A stretch of DNA of 64,000 nucleotides from Octopus sinensis (Eukaryota), in assembly GCF_006345805.1 (NCBI RefSeq), contig NC_043010.1, forward strand, positions 62,992,001 through 63,056,000, written 5' to 3'. Under the pieces are notes generated by a model that saw nothing but the letters and a program-made list of their open reading frames with translations, was not told the DNA's origin and did not search any database. The translations under genes were made by a program, and so were the position numbers. Each line of letters begins with the position of its first letter. Positions within the stretch are counted from its first letter, which is position 1. Shown here one piece after another: positions 1 through 13,175 of the stretch.

Positions 1-217
1 TTTTTCTCAATTGATGCAACCACACAAACCTAAACCAGTGTGTTATTATTTGAAATATGTCGCTATTTTGCCATCACCACCACCACCACCACCACTACTA
101 CTACTATTACTACTAATGCTATTATTATTACTACCACCACTACCACTAATATCACTGCAACTACTGTTGTTTTTAACGTTGTTGTTATCACTGCCTGCCA
201 TATTATTATTACCATTA

Positions 218-249
<32 letters not shown>

Positions 250-1719
250 TACCAAAGTCAGGGTTGCTAACACCTGTGAAATTCTGCACCACCACATAAC
301 TACCACCATCCATTCTTTGTGTTGCTAATGTACCTGAAAAGTTTCGCTACTGTCAGAATGGTGTCAGCGAAACGTGTAGCCGTTGTTGTTGCTAACCAAA
401 AGCAACACAGCTGGCGTTGCTAATGCTAGTTGAGATTATGGAATCGGTTGCAAATACTGTTGCTAACGATTCTGTACAGTTGTGGGAGCAGCAAACCTTG
501 TTAATGCATGTTACTGCTCATTTATAAGATAGCTGTTTGTGCTATTGACAGTGTACAATTGTGAGAATAGGTTGTTGCTAATGCTAGTTACCATTAAGGC
601 TGTGAATGCTGTTGCTAAAAGTTTTGCAGCTGAATCGTTAATGGTAATGACCATTATAAAACAACAGCTTGTGCTGTTGCTAATAGCTATGGGAACAGCT
701 CAGTTGATGTTGGAAATGCTAGCTGCCATTATAAAATGATTGCAAATGCTGTTGGCATTGCTAATGGTATTTGCCATTATAAAATTGGCTACAGATACTG
801 TTGCTAACAGTTGTGGGAACAACGGCAGTTTTTAAAGCAAACGACTGTTCTCAAACAGCTGCTAATGCTGTTGCCAACGACAGTTTGCAACTTTGAGAGC
901 AACTCGACGGTTGTTGCTAACAAATGTTGTCATTCCAAAATAGCTGCAAGCACATTTGGCATCGCTAATGCAAGGATGGAAAGCACAGTTGTGAGTTAGC
1001 ATCAACAGCTACAGTTTCCTGATAGCAGCTCAGCTCCCCCCTCCCCACTACCAGCCCCATTGCAAGCAGTGTTGCAAGACTGCAAGAGAGTGCCACCACC
1101 GTTTGGTAAATGCTGGAGATTTCCATGGTTTAGCGATCTTGCAATTTCCGAGTCTCAATGCAGCTCCCTGCAATTGAAGAGACGCTCTTTCTTTATCAGC
1201 TGCAGTCAAACAGCTTTGCATCAGTTGCAACAATCACATGAGGTGCAGTAGCATTGTTACTGCACTCAGGTGAACCATGGAGCCATAAAGCTGGAAACGC
1301 AGGCTGGTGTGTGCTGCCAGCCAGAAACGCCTGTTCCTGATGCACCCTAATGCACAATGTTGTCTCCGTCACTGAGAGCAGCATGTATTTTTAGTTGCAC
1401 TACTTTCGCTTCTTCTAAGGTTGGGCATCTCTCCAAAACTGTTGTGAGTCGACTTGCAACATGGCATGGATCACACAACATCAAACTTCTTTTTCTATCA
1501 ATTTGTAACATTTATTATTTTTCCGTTTTATACACACACACACACACACACAATATTTTATACATCCAGACATCTATATTTTTTTTTGTAGATTTTAAAA
1601 TTCTTATTTCATTTTAAACTTGTTTTCATGTCAAAATTTATATAATTGACTCTGAGTGTGTGTGTACCATTGCTCCACTAATATATGTGTACATAAAGAT
1701 ATAATATATATATATATAA

Positions 1720-1949
1720 AATCAAAATAAGCGACAAGTATATCCAAGGTAATGTGGTGTGATCGTTTCATGCTACTTCATTTTATTAAGCACTGTAAGT
1801 TTTACATCAGTTTTAAAATGTCGAGCAATCTTCGGCCACTTATAGCTCGACATTTTAAAACTGATGTAATACTTAGTGTTTAATAAAATGAAGTAGCGTG
1901 AAATGATCGTACCACATTACCTCGGATATCCTTGTTGCTTATTTTGATT
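1720..1949. repeat. Long inverted repeat (about 105-bp arms, 18-nt spacer)
   Basis: AATCAAAATAAGC...AAAATGTCGAGC (1720-1826) is the near reverse complement of GCTCGACATTTT...GCTTATTTTGATT (1845-1949). Confidence 0.9.
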
Positions 1950-2419
1950 ATAATCACTCCATGGATTTATATGGATAATACCATACAAAATTCTGGTGCA
2001 TTTGATTTAAGTACCATATTCATCTGAATCTGTATATATATAGATATATATACATATATATAACATACACACATACATATATATATATATGATCATACAT
2101 ACTCATGAACACACACATATGTACATCATTTTATGACCGTTATATGTTTATAATGTTACACGTTCAAATGAAACCTCTCTAGAATTGGAGAATACTAATT
2201 AATACTCACACGAGAAATATACGATTCAGTCCCTGATTGGCTGATATTATTTTGCCATTTTTCTACTTCTTGATATCACCATGTTTGTCTGATTTCTATA
2301 CATATGTGTGTATGGCTGTTTGAGCACATATATACACATATATATATATATGTGTATATATATATGTGTATATATATATATAATATATATATATATATGT
2401 GTATATATATATGTGTATA

Positions 2420-2451
<32 letters not shown>

Positions 2452-2670
2452 TTATGTATTGATTTTTATCTAGTGTGTGTGTGTGTGTCCCCGTTGTTTT
2501 TGTTTTTTTTTTCTTTTTGATTAATGAATGACATAAGCTAAAAATTACACTACACTTTGTGTATTGAGTCCTTTACTGTATGACTGATCTTAATCTTCAG
2601 ATTAAGATATTTACGCATGCACTCTGTGTGAGTGTGTGTGCGCATGCGTATGTATATATATATAGTATGG

Positions 2671-2710
<40 letters not shown>

Positions 2711-3659
2711 CATGTATACATATGTGTGTGCACATGCGTGTGTGTATATATATATATATATATAGTATGGATATATATGCATATATATATATACATATAA
2801 CATGTATGCATATGTGTGTGTGTGCGCATATATATATATATGCATTTATAAGCACACACATGCGTATGTATGTATGTATGTTTATAATGACTTTGTGTGA
2901 ACGCTGTGTGTGTCTGTGTGTGTTGATAACCATTTACACACTCTACACACCTATATATATATTTACTCACACATGCACACAATACCTGCCTGAATTCCCA
3001 TTGTATTGTGTGACCACCACCCCTCCAAAAAAAAAATAAAACCACAACAAACTCCCCCCCCCCTTCACAATTTCTGAAAATGATGAAGACAAGGCAATTT
3101 ATTTGACTTTGTTTCCCTTTTTTTTTAATGGTTTTTTTTCTCTGCTTTTCTTCTTTTGTTGTATTTCTATTTATTTAACCAATTCTGTGGTATTTGTTTC
3201 CTTTTTTTTTTTCGTTTGTTTGTTTGTCCTTTTTTTTTTCTAACTTCATTAAAAACGCCCCCACCCTTCCCTCCCACCCACTAAATCTGCCTCTACAACC
3301 TTGAGGTAACAAGCTCTTCGCCCTCCCCCAATCTTTCACCCCCACCACCAAAAAAAAAATCACCAAATTTAACCTTCTATATGAAATATGAAATACTGGA
3401 GACAAACTCCAAAATTTTGCTTTGATTACGCTCCCCCACCCCTGTTTATACTACAAGTATTAACCCTAAGAGTTTGTTTGTTTGTTGTTTATATTTATTT
3501 TCTGTTAGTGTTATCATTATTATTATTATTAATATTGATATTATTACTATTATTATGTAACTGTAATTAACAATTATTAAAAACAGTTTATCAAAAAAAT
3601 ATTGTCTTCAAAAGCTATTGCCTTATATTTCATATTGCTGTATTATTATTATTATTATT

Positions 3660-4183
3660 GAGTGAGAGAGCAGTTCATACCATCAAAGTGACACTGGGGT
3701 AAAATATACAAAGCCCAGTATACCCATCATGACTACCCGTCTGATAAGGGTACACTGGGCACATGCATCACAACCATATGTGCGCGACATGGTGATCTCA
3801 TATCAAGATAAACAGCACATAACCTCGCAGGTGGGGCCCAGTTAAAATTTTCTTGAGGTCGAGTAACCCATCCCGCTCAAATAGTCCCTGAATAAGGGTT
3901 GTTTAAGGATGTTGAATGAAACACCCATGTTTCCGGAGGTGAATTATTCAAACCCCAAAGAATCCCTCTCAACACTTGGCTATAATGCTCCCTCACTACT
4001 TCTGTTCGTGATCAGAGATGCACATATCGCCAGCCACTAAGGGACATGCTCAACTGGTTAAGGTCAAACAACTGACAAGCAAATCTGTGGTATTGAGCAG
4101 AATATTTGCTGTAGCCCATCTTTTATACCAAGACAAAACAGTGTACATGATAACAGAAGCCATGAGAACCACTGCCTAGTACT
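3660..4183. mobile_element. About 560-bp non-coding interspersed repeat flanked by (TAA)n (also about 5433-5935)
   Basis: Reverse complement of the copies at 62176-63310; no convincing ORF. Confidence 0.85.
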
Positions 4184-4269
4184 ATTATTATTATTATTAT
4201 TATTTGGGCTTGATGCAGTCAACTTGTCCCTTCCACTAAATTTACTAGTCTTGTGCCAAAATTTGAAAG

Positions 4270-5430
4270 CATTCTGAACAAGCTGGTACGCTTACTCTTC
4301 TGCTTTCTGTGGAAGGGTTGCGTTCCGCTGGTAAGGCTCTCCATCTGCTGTCAACAGCTTCTGAATGGAGGCCTGGGCTTGCTGCAGTTGCTGATGTGCA
4401 GACATGCACTCAGGCTGTGGCATCTCCAGTGTTTCCTTGATGGTGAGCTGGTGTGATTGCTGTTTGTCAGACATGCTCTTCCACAGCTTGTCTCTTTGAC
4501 TGAGCTGCAATCTTGGATCAGGTGTAGACCAAAGAAGGGTGCTTGGCACCTCACATGCCATCAAGCGCTCACAACCCTCCACCAGGCAAGTATGCGATCG
4601 GCAGTAGTTCTAGTCTAGCGTTCGATAGAGGGTTAGTGGAGGAAAAGTGATGATGTTCTTGGGGGAAACTCTAGGCATCAATGAGGATCAATTTACTGGT
4701 CTGTTTCGGAGAACTCTTGGGCCAGGGCCTATGGATAACTTCCAGAAATCCCTTGCCTGGCAGTGCTACCAAGGGGCTGCTGCCCATTCAGGATAAACTT
4801 GACAGGCACGGAAGTGCCGTTGCCTGCCCGAGGTGCACTCAGAGCAACAAAACCATTCTGCACATGCCCATCCAGTGCCCAAGCATTGCTGGCCTATATA
4901 GGATGGATCTAGCTGTCAGCTGAATCCATAGTGAAGATTGCCCCGCCGGCTTCCTTTAGCCAGGAGTGGGCAGGCAATCTTTATTTTTCTGGTGATTGTA
5001 ACAGAAGAGGTAGTATGGTGGACTTGTTTGAAAGGGCTAAAGTCAGACACTTTCCACTTTAGCCAAACCCTCTTCAACTTTTTCAAGTTTCACTTGAAAA
5101 AGGAAAGTGAGGGTGGAGGGGGAAGTGTTGTAGCAAATTTATTGAAAGGTGGGTGAATATTGGAAAAAGGGCCAGTGTGAAAGGACCAGTTCTGAGTATA
5201 CACCTGTAAAAAGAATAAAAGGAAAAGGGCTCTTTCCTTGTTGATCAGGCACCCATGGCTTTTGTGGCTTTTCTCATGAGGACCTTAAAGTGCCTCCCCT
5301 ATTGAGACTTGTTACCTTTTTATTGTTATTTAATGTTTACACGAATGTGAAAACCCTTTGTATCATTTTGTGTTGTCTTTTATGTATAATTTAAATTAGC
5401 CCTTGTGGCCAATAAAAGAAATTATTATTA
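4270..5430 (+). mobile_element. Degenerate Tx1/L1-clade LINE 3' fragment (minus-strand pieces at about 16795-17290 and 60630-60870)
   Basis: LLFCFLWKG..LVR.SICC...NGGLG and ACPRC..S..T..H...QCP zinc-knuckle remnants with frameshifts; ends GGCCAATAAAAGAA(ATT)n. Confidence 0.7.
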
Positions 5431-7152
5431 TTGAGTGAGGGAGCAGCATATGCCATCAAAGTGATGCTGGGGTACAAATATGCAAAGCCCAATACACCCA
5501 TCATGACTACCCGTGTGATAAGGATACAGCAGGCACATGCATCACAACCATATGTGCATGACATGGTGTTCTCATATCAAGATAAACGGTGCGTGACCTT
5601 GCAGGTGGAGCTCAGTTAGAATTTTCTTGAGGTTGAGTGACCCCCATCCTTTCCCAGCTCAAAAGGTCCCTGAATAAAAGATGATGAAGAGAATGCCCAT
5701 GTTTCCTGGGATGAATTATTCAAACCCCAAAGTATTCCTCTCAACACATAGCTATGATGCTCCCCCACTAATTCTACTCATGATCAGAGATGCACATATC
5801 ATCAGCCACCAAGGGACATGCTCAACTGGTTATGGTCAAGTAACTGAAAAGCAAATCTGTGGTATTGAGCAGAATATTTGCTGTAACCCATCTTTTACAC
5901 CAAGACAAAACAATGTACATGATAACACTTCCAACTTGAAAGGAAGTGCCTTGCTCAAGGATATGGCAATCCATCCAGTCCAGGAGTTGAACTCACAACC
6001 TTATCACTATGAGCCAAAGCCTCTAACCAGTTGGCCATGCAACCTTAACTATGCCCAAGCAAGACCAAACCAAGTAAACACGGACTTGACAAGCTGTATC
6101 AAAGGCGATGCAACTTAGGAAGCGGTAACTCTGAAGAACAACTGATACATGGTAGAGATGACACTTTTGTTCTTCCATAGACAACCTCTGCAGTGATAGT
6201 GGTGTGATAAAGTGACTGGATCCACACTGGTGATGGTGACTAGGGTCAGGCAAAAATGTGCTGCCATAGAATGAACACCAAAAGAACAGGCAGACTAACA
6301 ATGGTTGAGTGGGTTTTCTGTGTTGTTGTCTCAATAAATGTAGGATTACAAAAGAGTGGTCAGACCTGTCCAACCCATGCAAATACAGAGAAAGAGGATT
6401 CACAAATGTTTTATTCTAGACATTGTGATAGAGATTGGCCCCATACAGGCCAATACGTTTTTGCCTCCCCTGGCCTCTGTGTCAGTGGCATGTAAAAAGC
6501 ACCCACTACACTCACGTAGTGGTTGGCGTTAGGAAGGGCATCCAGCTGTAGAAACACTACCAGATCAGACTGGAGCCTGGTGCAGCCTCCTGGCTTCCCA
6601 GACCCTGGTCGAACCATCCAACCCATGCTAGCATGGAAAATGGACGTTAAACGATGATGATGGCCTCACTGGAAAATGAGTATATCATTGCTGTTATGTT
6701 AAACTGTTGTATGTCCAAACTTGGCCAAATGCAATATTTTCAATATTTATTTTTGCTCACAATAGCTGGTTCTTTTGGTCAAACTATTGTATCTCCAGCT
6801 GCTTCAGATGCCAGGATATCAAAAATTGTCAAAGTATAGTACAATGGTTTTGCTATGGAATGGTGAAACTATTTTTTCGTTTTCTGAGGAAAGCAACATT
6901 TTGGACCTAAGACACTTTTACATAATAGCAACGACATATAAACGGTTCTGTCTACAGTGAAGGTTAATGAGGCACAATTAGGTGGAAACCAGTCTTTCTG
7001 TTGGCTGATATCTGCAGCTTCTGTTCAAGAACTACAACTCCACAATTAAAAATATATTTTAATCATCATCATTAATATGTGTGTATAAATATATATATAG
7101 AGCAATGCCGCAGCTCTGAGCTGAAACTAGAATTTTAAAAAAATATATATAT

Positions 7153-7545
7153 AGGCGCAGGAGTGGCTGTGTGGTAAGTAGCTTGTTTACCAACCACATG
7201 GTTCCGGGTTCAGTCCCACTGCGTGGCACCTTGGGCGAGTGTCTTCTGCTATAGCCTCGAGCCGACCAAAGCCTTGTGAGTGGATTTGGTAGACGGAAAC
7301 TGAAAGAAGCCCGTCGTATATATGTATATATATATATGTGTGTGTGTCTGTGTTTGTCCCCCTAGCATTGCTTGACAACCGATGCTGATGTGTTTACGTT
7401 GCCGTCACTTAGCGGTTCGGCAAAAGAGACCGATAGAATAAGTACTGGGCTTACAAAAGAACAAGTCCCGGGGTCGAGTTGCTCGATTAAAGGTGGTGCT
7501 CCAGCATGGCCGCAGTCAAATGACTGAAACAAGTAAAAGAGTAGA
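7153..7545 (+). mobile_element. tRNA-derived SINE family A (other copies about 20184-20565+, 23135-23495-, 32848-33207+, 37660-38065+, 39212-39635-, 56232-56592-)
   Basis: Head GGCGCAGGAGTGGCTGTGTGGTAAG...GGTTCAGTCCC with Pol III boxes, internal (TA)/(TG) run, tail ...GACTGAAACAAGTAAAAGA. Confidence 0.85.
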
Positions 7546-7854
7546 GAGAGTATATATATATGTGTGTGTGTGTGTAATGTATGTGTATACATATGTGCAT
7601 GTGTGTTTCTCGTATCTTTTTTTTACTTGTTTGAGTCAGACTGTGGCCATGCTGGGGCACCATTGACAAAACTTTGTGCTGCATCTCAAAGTTTTGTCAG
7701 TGAACAGGTCACGGGTCTCAAAGCGACGAAAATATTTTGGCAAATTAAATTTAGATGTTGAAGTGAATCTAACGGTTTTTGTGTGTTTCTTAAATGGCTT
7801 ATAAACACCTTCCACGCTGCAATTGATAGATAAATAGATATATAGATAGATAGA

Positions 7855-8057
7855 GAGTGAGAGAGAGAAGTATGATAGATAGATAGATAGAGAGAGAGAG
7901 AGAAGTATGATAGATAGATAGATAGATAGAGAGAGAGAAGTATGATAGATAGATAGATAGATAGAGAGAGATAGAAGTATGATAGATAGAGAGAGAGAGA
8001 AGTATGATAGATAGATAGAGAGAGAGAGAGAAGTATGATAGATAGATAGAGAAGTAT
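7855..8057. repeat. Compound (GA)n-AGTAT-(GATA)n minisatellite
   Basis: GAAGTAT recurs about 7 times between GA and GATA runs. Confidence 0.9.
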
Positions 8058-9267
8058 CAATGGTTTCTTTCAGTTTCCAACCACAAAATCCACTTTTGTC
8101 AGCTGACCACTATAGCAGAAGACACATGCCTAAGTTGATACACAGTGGGATTGAACCCAAGACCAAATGGTTCAGAAGCAGGCTTCTGAACCCCTTAGTC
8201 ACATGTTTGTGTGTGTGTGTGTGAGTGTGTGTCTTCTGTAAATTTGTTGTTTTGTGCCAATTAAAAAAAAAATAATTGTATTTGCAAATTCTCTTTAATA
8301 GAAATGTGTAATTAAGACCTAATTAAATTGTCACAGTCTCAGGAATGTTATTAATTAGTAAATAACGAGAAGATAAACAATTTAATACTAAATAACACAA
8401 GAGAACAGCTTCATTGGTGGAGAAGGAGGGAGGGAGGGAGGGTCGGTTGTTCCTCTGATGAGATTGGAAATTTGTTGAGCCAGTAGAGCATCCGAGATGA
8501 GGCCTTGTGCTGTTGTTTTGTCATGGTGCTCTGCATCCTGAGTTCAAATCCTGCCAATCAGGTCAATTTTGCCCTTTATCTTCGTAGAGGCTCTAAATTA
8601 GATACCAGTTGTATACTGGGGATGATTCTTCTTTACTCTTTCTCTGTAGGGGCCAGATATGTGGCATTAAGAAAAGGGTTGAAGGAGAACTATTACAGGG
8701 TCCCTACTCCCAGAAATTTTCCAGCAACACTCACAGAGAAGAAAATTACTATTTTTTAATCTCACAACAGCACTTTGGAGTAAAGATTGTTTGCCAACAT
8801 AACATGGCAGTCCTGGTTTAGGACGAATGTTGAGCCCCAGCAGACATCACCTCCAGCTGGCTATATGACACGATCTGTGTCCTTATATTTTCGAACAAGG
8901 GTATCTACACCCCCACTCAGCTCAAAACAATATCTGTGTATCGCGATTTCCGGATCGATTCATTCAACTAAAAATTCTTTGGGACGGTGCTCCAGCATGG
9001 CAGTGGTCTAATGACTGAAACAAGTAAAACCTAAAAGAACAGGATGTTGTAGACCAATGTTCGAAATGTGAAGAAGCCTAAAGATTGAAGAGTGAGAAGA
9101 CAAATTGTTGTATTTCTTATAATAATGAAGGTGCTTCTAAACTTGTGGCCCTAGGGGACTGGAAGAATGGACTAGTCGAACTGTTATAAAGAGTAGGGGT
9201 TGGTGGTTGTCAGAGAGAAATGTTTTTTGTAGTCTCACAAAGTACATAGTGTGAACACATTGATTAA

Positions 9268-9741
9268 CCCTTTCGTTACCATATTTCTGTTGAGATGCTC
9301 TGTGTTGCTTTCAATTACTTTATATATAACAAAGAGTTTAGTAAAATAATTTGGTTATCATTAAGCTAGTGTTAGGAACATAAATTGTGACTAAGGTTTA
9401 GTGAAAGATTTTAATTCAAAACTTAGGAAAACAAGGCATTTGTACTACAGAGTCAGAGCTGGTTTCAGCCAGGCTGGTATCAAAAGGGTTAAGAATTGTT
9501 TTTCTATTATATATTTTAACCCTTTTGTTACCATATTTCTGTTGAGATGCTCTGAGTTTCTTTCAATTAATTTTAAATATAACAAAGAATTTAGTAAAAT
9601 AACTTAGTTATCATTCAGCTAGTGCTAGAAACATAAATTGTGACTAAGGTTTGGTGGAAGATTGTAATTCAAAACTTTGGAAAACAAGACATTTGTACTA
9701 CAGAGCCAGAGGTGCTTTCAGCCAGGTTGTTATCAAAAGGG
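9268..9741. mobile_element. Two adjacent piggyBac-like MITEs (9268-9488, 9520-9741)
   Basis: TTAA-CCCTTT.GTTACC ... TATCAAAAGGG-TTAA termini; about 220 bp each. Confidence 0.82.
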
Positions 9742-9836
9742 TTAAACCTCCACTGTATAATTTATATATACCAACCTGTGGCAGGATATAAAACACTTGT
9801 CTAATGCCATGGTGAAGAAAGGAGAATTATACAGCT

Positions 9837-10398
9837 CAGTGGTTCTCAAACTGGGGTCTGCGGTCTTTGTGGATTTCAAAGCGATTTTAGTGGCACCGCG
9901 AAGGGACGCTGAAGTATTGTGAAAACAGGGTGGCTTGAGACAGTTAAGTTTTAAAATTTCGAGACTTTCAATTTTCCACATGCTATCATCCTTTTTTGTT
10001 GTTGGCCTCAAAGACCCCTGTCACTCCTTCACACTCATTTGCTTGTTGTGCAACAAGGGTGATTGGCCGATAGAAAACACATGGGTATAACACGTGGTCA
10101 TGCATGTGCTGTGGGTGTTTTTCGCTTCTCATTTGTTTTGCAGCCAATTGATCAACTGATTCTCCATGTTTTCAAATGCATTTTTCGTATCCCGGTGGGG
10201 CATTGCCGGGATTAAATTGTGGTTTTTCAGGGTTGCGGGTTCATGGGTAGTGTGGTTCATAGTCCAGAAATTATGGGACACAAATGTAACTTTTTTCCAT
10301 GTTGATTACCCTCCATTTTATAAGGGACTGCGAATCATCGATAAAACTGTAAGGGGACTGGCATGTAAATTTTTTTTTTTACAGTTTGAGAAGCACTG
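9837..10398. mobile_element. hAT non-autonomous element
   Basis: TIRs CAGTGGTTCTCAAACTG / CAGTTTGAGAAGCACTG; degenerate 8-bp TSD ATACAGCT/ATATGGCT. Confidence 0.65.
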
Positions 10399-10455
10399 AT
10401 ATGGCTTATTGACCAGTAAATATCAATACAGATCAATAAATGATTTGTTTGCTGA

Positions 10456-10818
10456 TTTTAAGAAATGAGGAATTACAGACATTATTTTCATTATTTGCAT
10501 TTGAGTAGCATTTGGGGACCGGTATTAAGGAAGGATAGCAAAATATTAGATTTATAAGCCCTAAAATTCACTCCATATTCATGGACATATGGTGTAGTGG
10601 TTAAGAGCGTGGGCTACTAACCCCAAGATTCTGAGTTCGATTCCAGGCAGTGACCTGAATAATAATAAGAAGAAGAAGAAAAAGAAGAAAATAAGAAAAT
10701 ACCTTAGGAATGAGAGCCCAGGTTTGAAATTTCCCCAAAACACCCGATGAAAGCCGAAACATGTTAACAACAAACAAGATGAGGACAAATATCCATCAAA
10801 TGTAAATAATGAGAATAG
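10456..10818 (+). mobile_element. tRNA-headed SINE-like element with decayed hammerhead and inverted 5' tail (copy 1)
   Basis: Same head (from about 10583), body and tail as 33351-33707. Hammerhead stem II deleted (CCGATGAAAGCCGAAAC); inverted tail 10456-10504; 10-bp duplication TGTTTGCTGA at 10446-10455 and 10819-10828. Confidence 0.78.
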
Positions 10819-11478
10819 TGTTTGCTGAAGCTATAAACAGGAGCTTTGACTCTTGTTAGATTTGTGAAATTGATTTGTCTGGGAGCTTGTGGCTGATGAG
10901 GCATAACAAGATTGAAACACTGGGTGTTTCAGAACCCCTTGTACTTATGAAATGAGTATGGTATGAACGGGTATTTGTTATAAAAGAATAAGTTGTTGGT
11001 TCTCCTGTGACAAAACAACAGCAATTGTCATATTCCCATTGGAATTTGCCGGAATGACTATAGAAGAGGAAGGAATGACTATAGAAGAGGAAATATTACA
11101 AGCCGTCCTTGTGATTCTTGCCATTCCCCAATGTATATTGGAGATTTATTGACTGAATTTTTGTCTTCTCATTAATAGAGAAGAGGAGGAAGAGGAGGAG
11201 ATATAATTTGTTTAATATTTTTCTTTTCTTTTTTGAGGCTGGTGTTTTTCAGCTGGAGAATCATTGTGGCAGAGTAGTAGAGATTTGCTCATATATTGTG
11301 TGTGTATATCATCATCATCATCATATTCATCGTTTAGCGTCCGCTTTCCATGCTAGCATGGGTTGGACGGTTCAACTGGGGTCTGTGAAGCCAGAAGGCT
11401 GCACCAGGCCCAGTCTGATCTGGCAGTGTTTCTACGGCTGGATGCCCTTCCTAATGCCAACCACTCCGTGAGTGTATA

Positions 11479-11509
<31 letters not shown>

Positions 11510-11682
11510 GCATATATATATGTATATATATATATGTATATATATGTATATATATTGGTAGCCACTGCTGGTTGTAGCTGGACCTGGTAGCAATAGCAAC
11601 AACAGTAGTAGTAGTAGTAGTAAAAGTAGTAGTAGTAGTAGTAGTAATAAAGGTAGTAGTAGTAGTAAAGGTAGTAGTAGTG

Positions 11683-11721
<39 letters not shown>

Positions 11722-12589
11722 AAAGTAGTAGTAGTTGTAGTAGTAGAAGTATAGCTACTATTGATGAAGATGATGATGATGTTATTGTTATCATTGTTGT
11801 CCTTTCATGTTGTTGTTGTTGTTCATTGTATTAGGTTTGCAGCTGTGAATGTGTGGGGGTGGGGGTGGCGGTGGGGTGGAAGTGTAATCAGGTCAGAGGT
11901 GAAAGTATGTTCTCAGTGTATTGTAGATTGTAAACAATAGGGGTAATGTATGACACAAGTGGTGGTGGGGTTAGTGGTGGTGGTGGTGGTGGTGGTGGTA
12001 TGGTGGTGGTGGTGGTTAGTGGTGGTGGTGGTTAGTGGTAGTGGTGGTGGTGGTGGTGGTATGGTGGCGGTAGTATAGTGGGAGGAGGATAAGGAAGAAG
12101 GAGCAGTGGGGGTGGGGGTGGGGGTGGTAAAGGATGAAACAATGGGACCAGGGTCCCAATGTTTGGGGACAGGGAGGAAGAAGGGGCTAAGTGAAAGAGG
12201 TACTGGAGGAAATACATGGTATGTAGTGTGAAGGGGTCACAAGCAAGGTGACATAGCAGAGTGGCACAGCAGGGTGGCACACTGTGACAACATAAGAGAG
12301 ACAGTGTCAGGAGATGAGATACAGTATCAGTGGTGAGGCACACTGTGACACAAGATGTCATGCAACTACAGTAGTGACACACAGACAATACTGTGACATA
12401 AGATGTGTGTCACAGTATCTACTCTCCGCTACTGATTTCGTCACATACATAACAGAAGTTATCAACTACATATATATATATATGTATGTGTGTGTGTGTG
12501 TGTGTGTCTGTGTCTGTGTGTGTGCACATGTGTATAAATGTGTATGTATATATATAAATTTTATTTTTCGTAATGAGATAAAAAAACCA

Positions 12590-12905
12590 AGTCTGTGTTG
12601 ATTTTAGAACATTCATAGACAGGTCTTTCAGCTGTTTCCAGGATATTTATTAATTATATCCTTTCATTGGAGACGGTGTGAGAGGATGGTTAAATGATAG
12701 TTAATTTAGATAAGATACAAAATAGAGAGTGCGGTGGAGGAAAGAAAATAGATGTGAGATGTGTAGGGATATTGTATTCGTAGATCCATTTTTTTAAGGC
12801 AGACTGGTGTACATACAAGATTCCAATACCTTATGAGTAAAATCCAATAGTTTTTAAAATCGGTCATTCCAAATATAGAGTTTATACGTAGTGTTATGGA
12901 ATCAA
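12590..12905 (-). mobile_element. Probable PLE-derived fragment with decayed hammerhead (12623-12674)
   Basis: Minus strand GTCT-CCAATGAA-AGGATAT..ATATCCT-GGAAAC-AGCT-GAA-AGAC: hammerhead stems kept, core mutated. Confidence 0.45.
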
Positions 12906-12959
12906 GGGTTTTATTTATATATATATATATATAGTGATCTATCATTCGCCATGATAGAT

Positions 12960-13126
12960 TGCTAGCCTCTACACATTCTTTATTTACTCTCTTTGTTTGT
13001 TTCTGTGTTCCTTTCTGTTGAAGAGCATAGGCTCGAAACGTTAAAGACTTTTTCACTTCCCAAGCATTAAACTAATACATTTGTTTGTTGTCTACACCAC
13101 CTGTCTTCTTTTTTTTTGTGAATTCT

Positions 13127-13130
<4 letters not shown>
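12960..13130 (+). mobile_element. Short TA-flanked repeat with hammerhead-like motif (other copies on minus strand at about 14027-14230, 14645-14752, 26980-27160)
   Basis: CTTT-CTGTTGAA-GAGC-ATAG-GCTC-GAAAC-GTT-AAAG at 13011-13046; the same motif and flanks recur in the other copies. Confidence 0.6.
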
Positions 13131-13166
<36 letters not shown>

Positions 13167-13175
13167 TATATATAT

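Noticed and set aside
46-335. N/S/G-rich ORF near a TTTTCAG acceptor-like site
   Set aside because: All three frames from the acceptor hit stops early; the ORF is microsatellite-derived with no domain.
3735-3775. CTGATAAG motif in the 560-bp element as a hammerhead
   Set aside because: No GAAA after the putative stem II and no convincing stem I.
10583-10656. tRNA gene (also 33414-33487)
   Set aside because: Acceptor and T stems do not pair properly, there is no T-run terminator, and both copies continue into a shared repeat body, so these are SINE heads.
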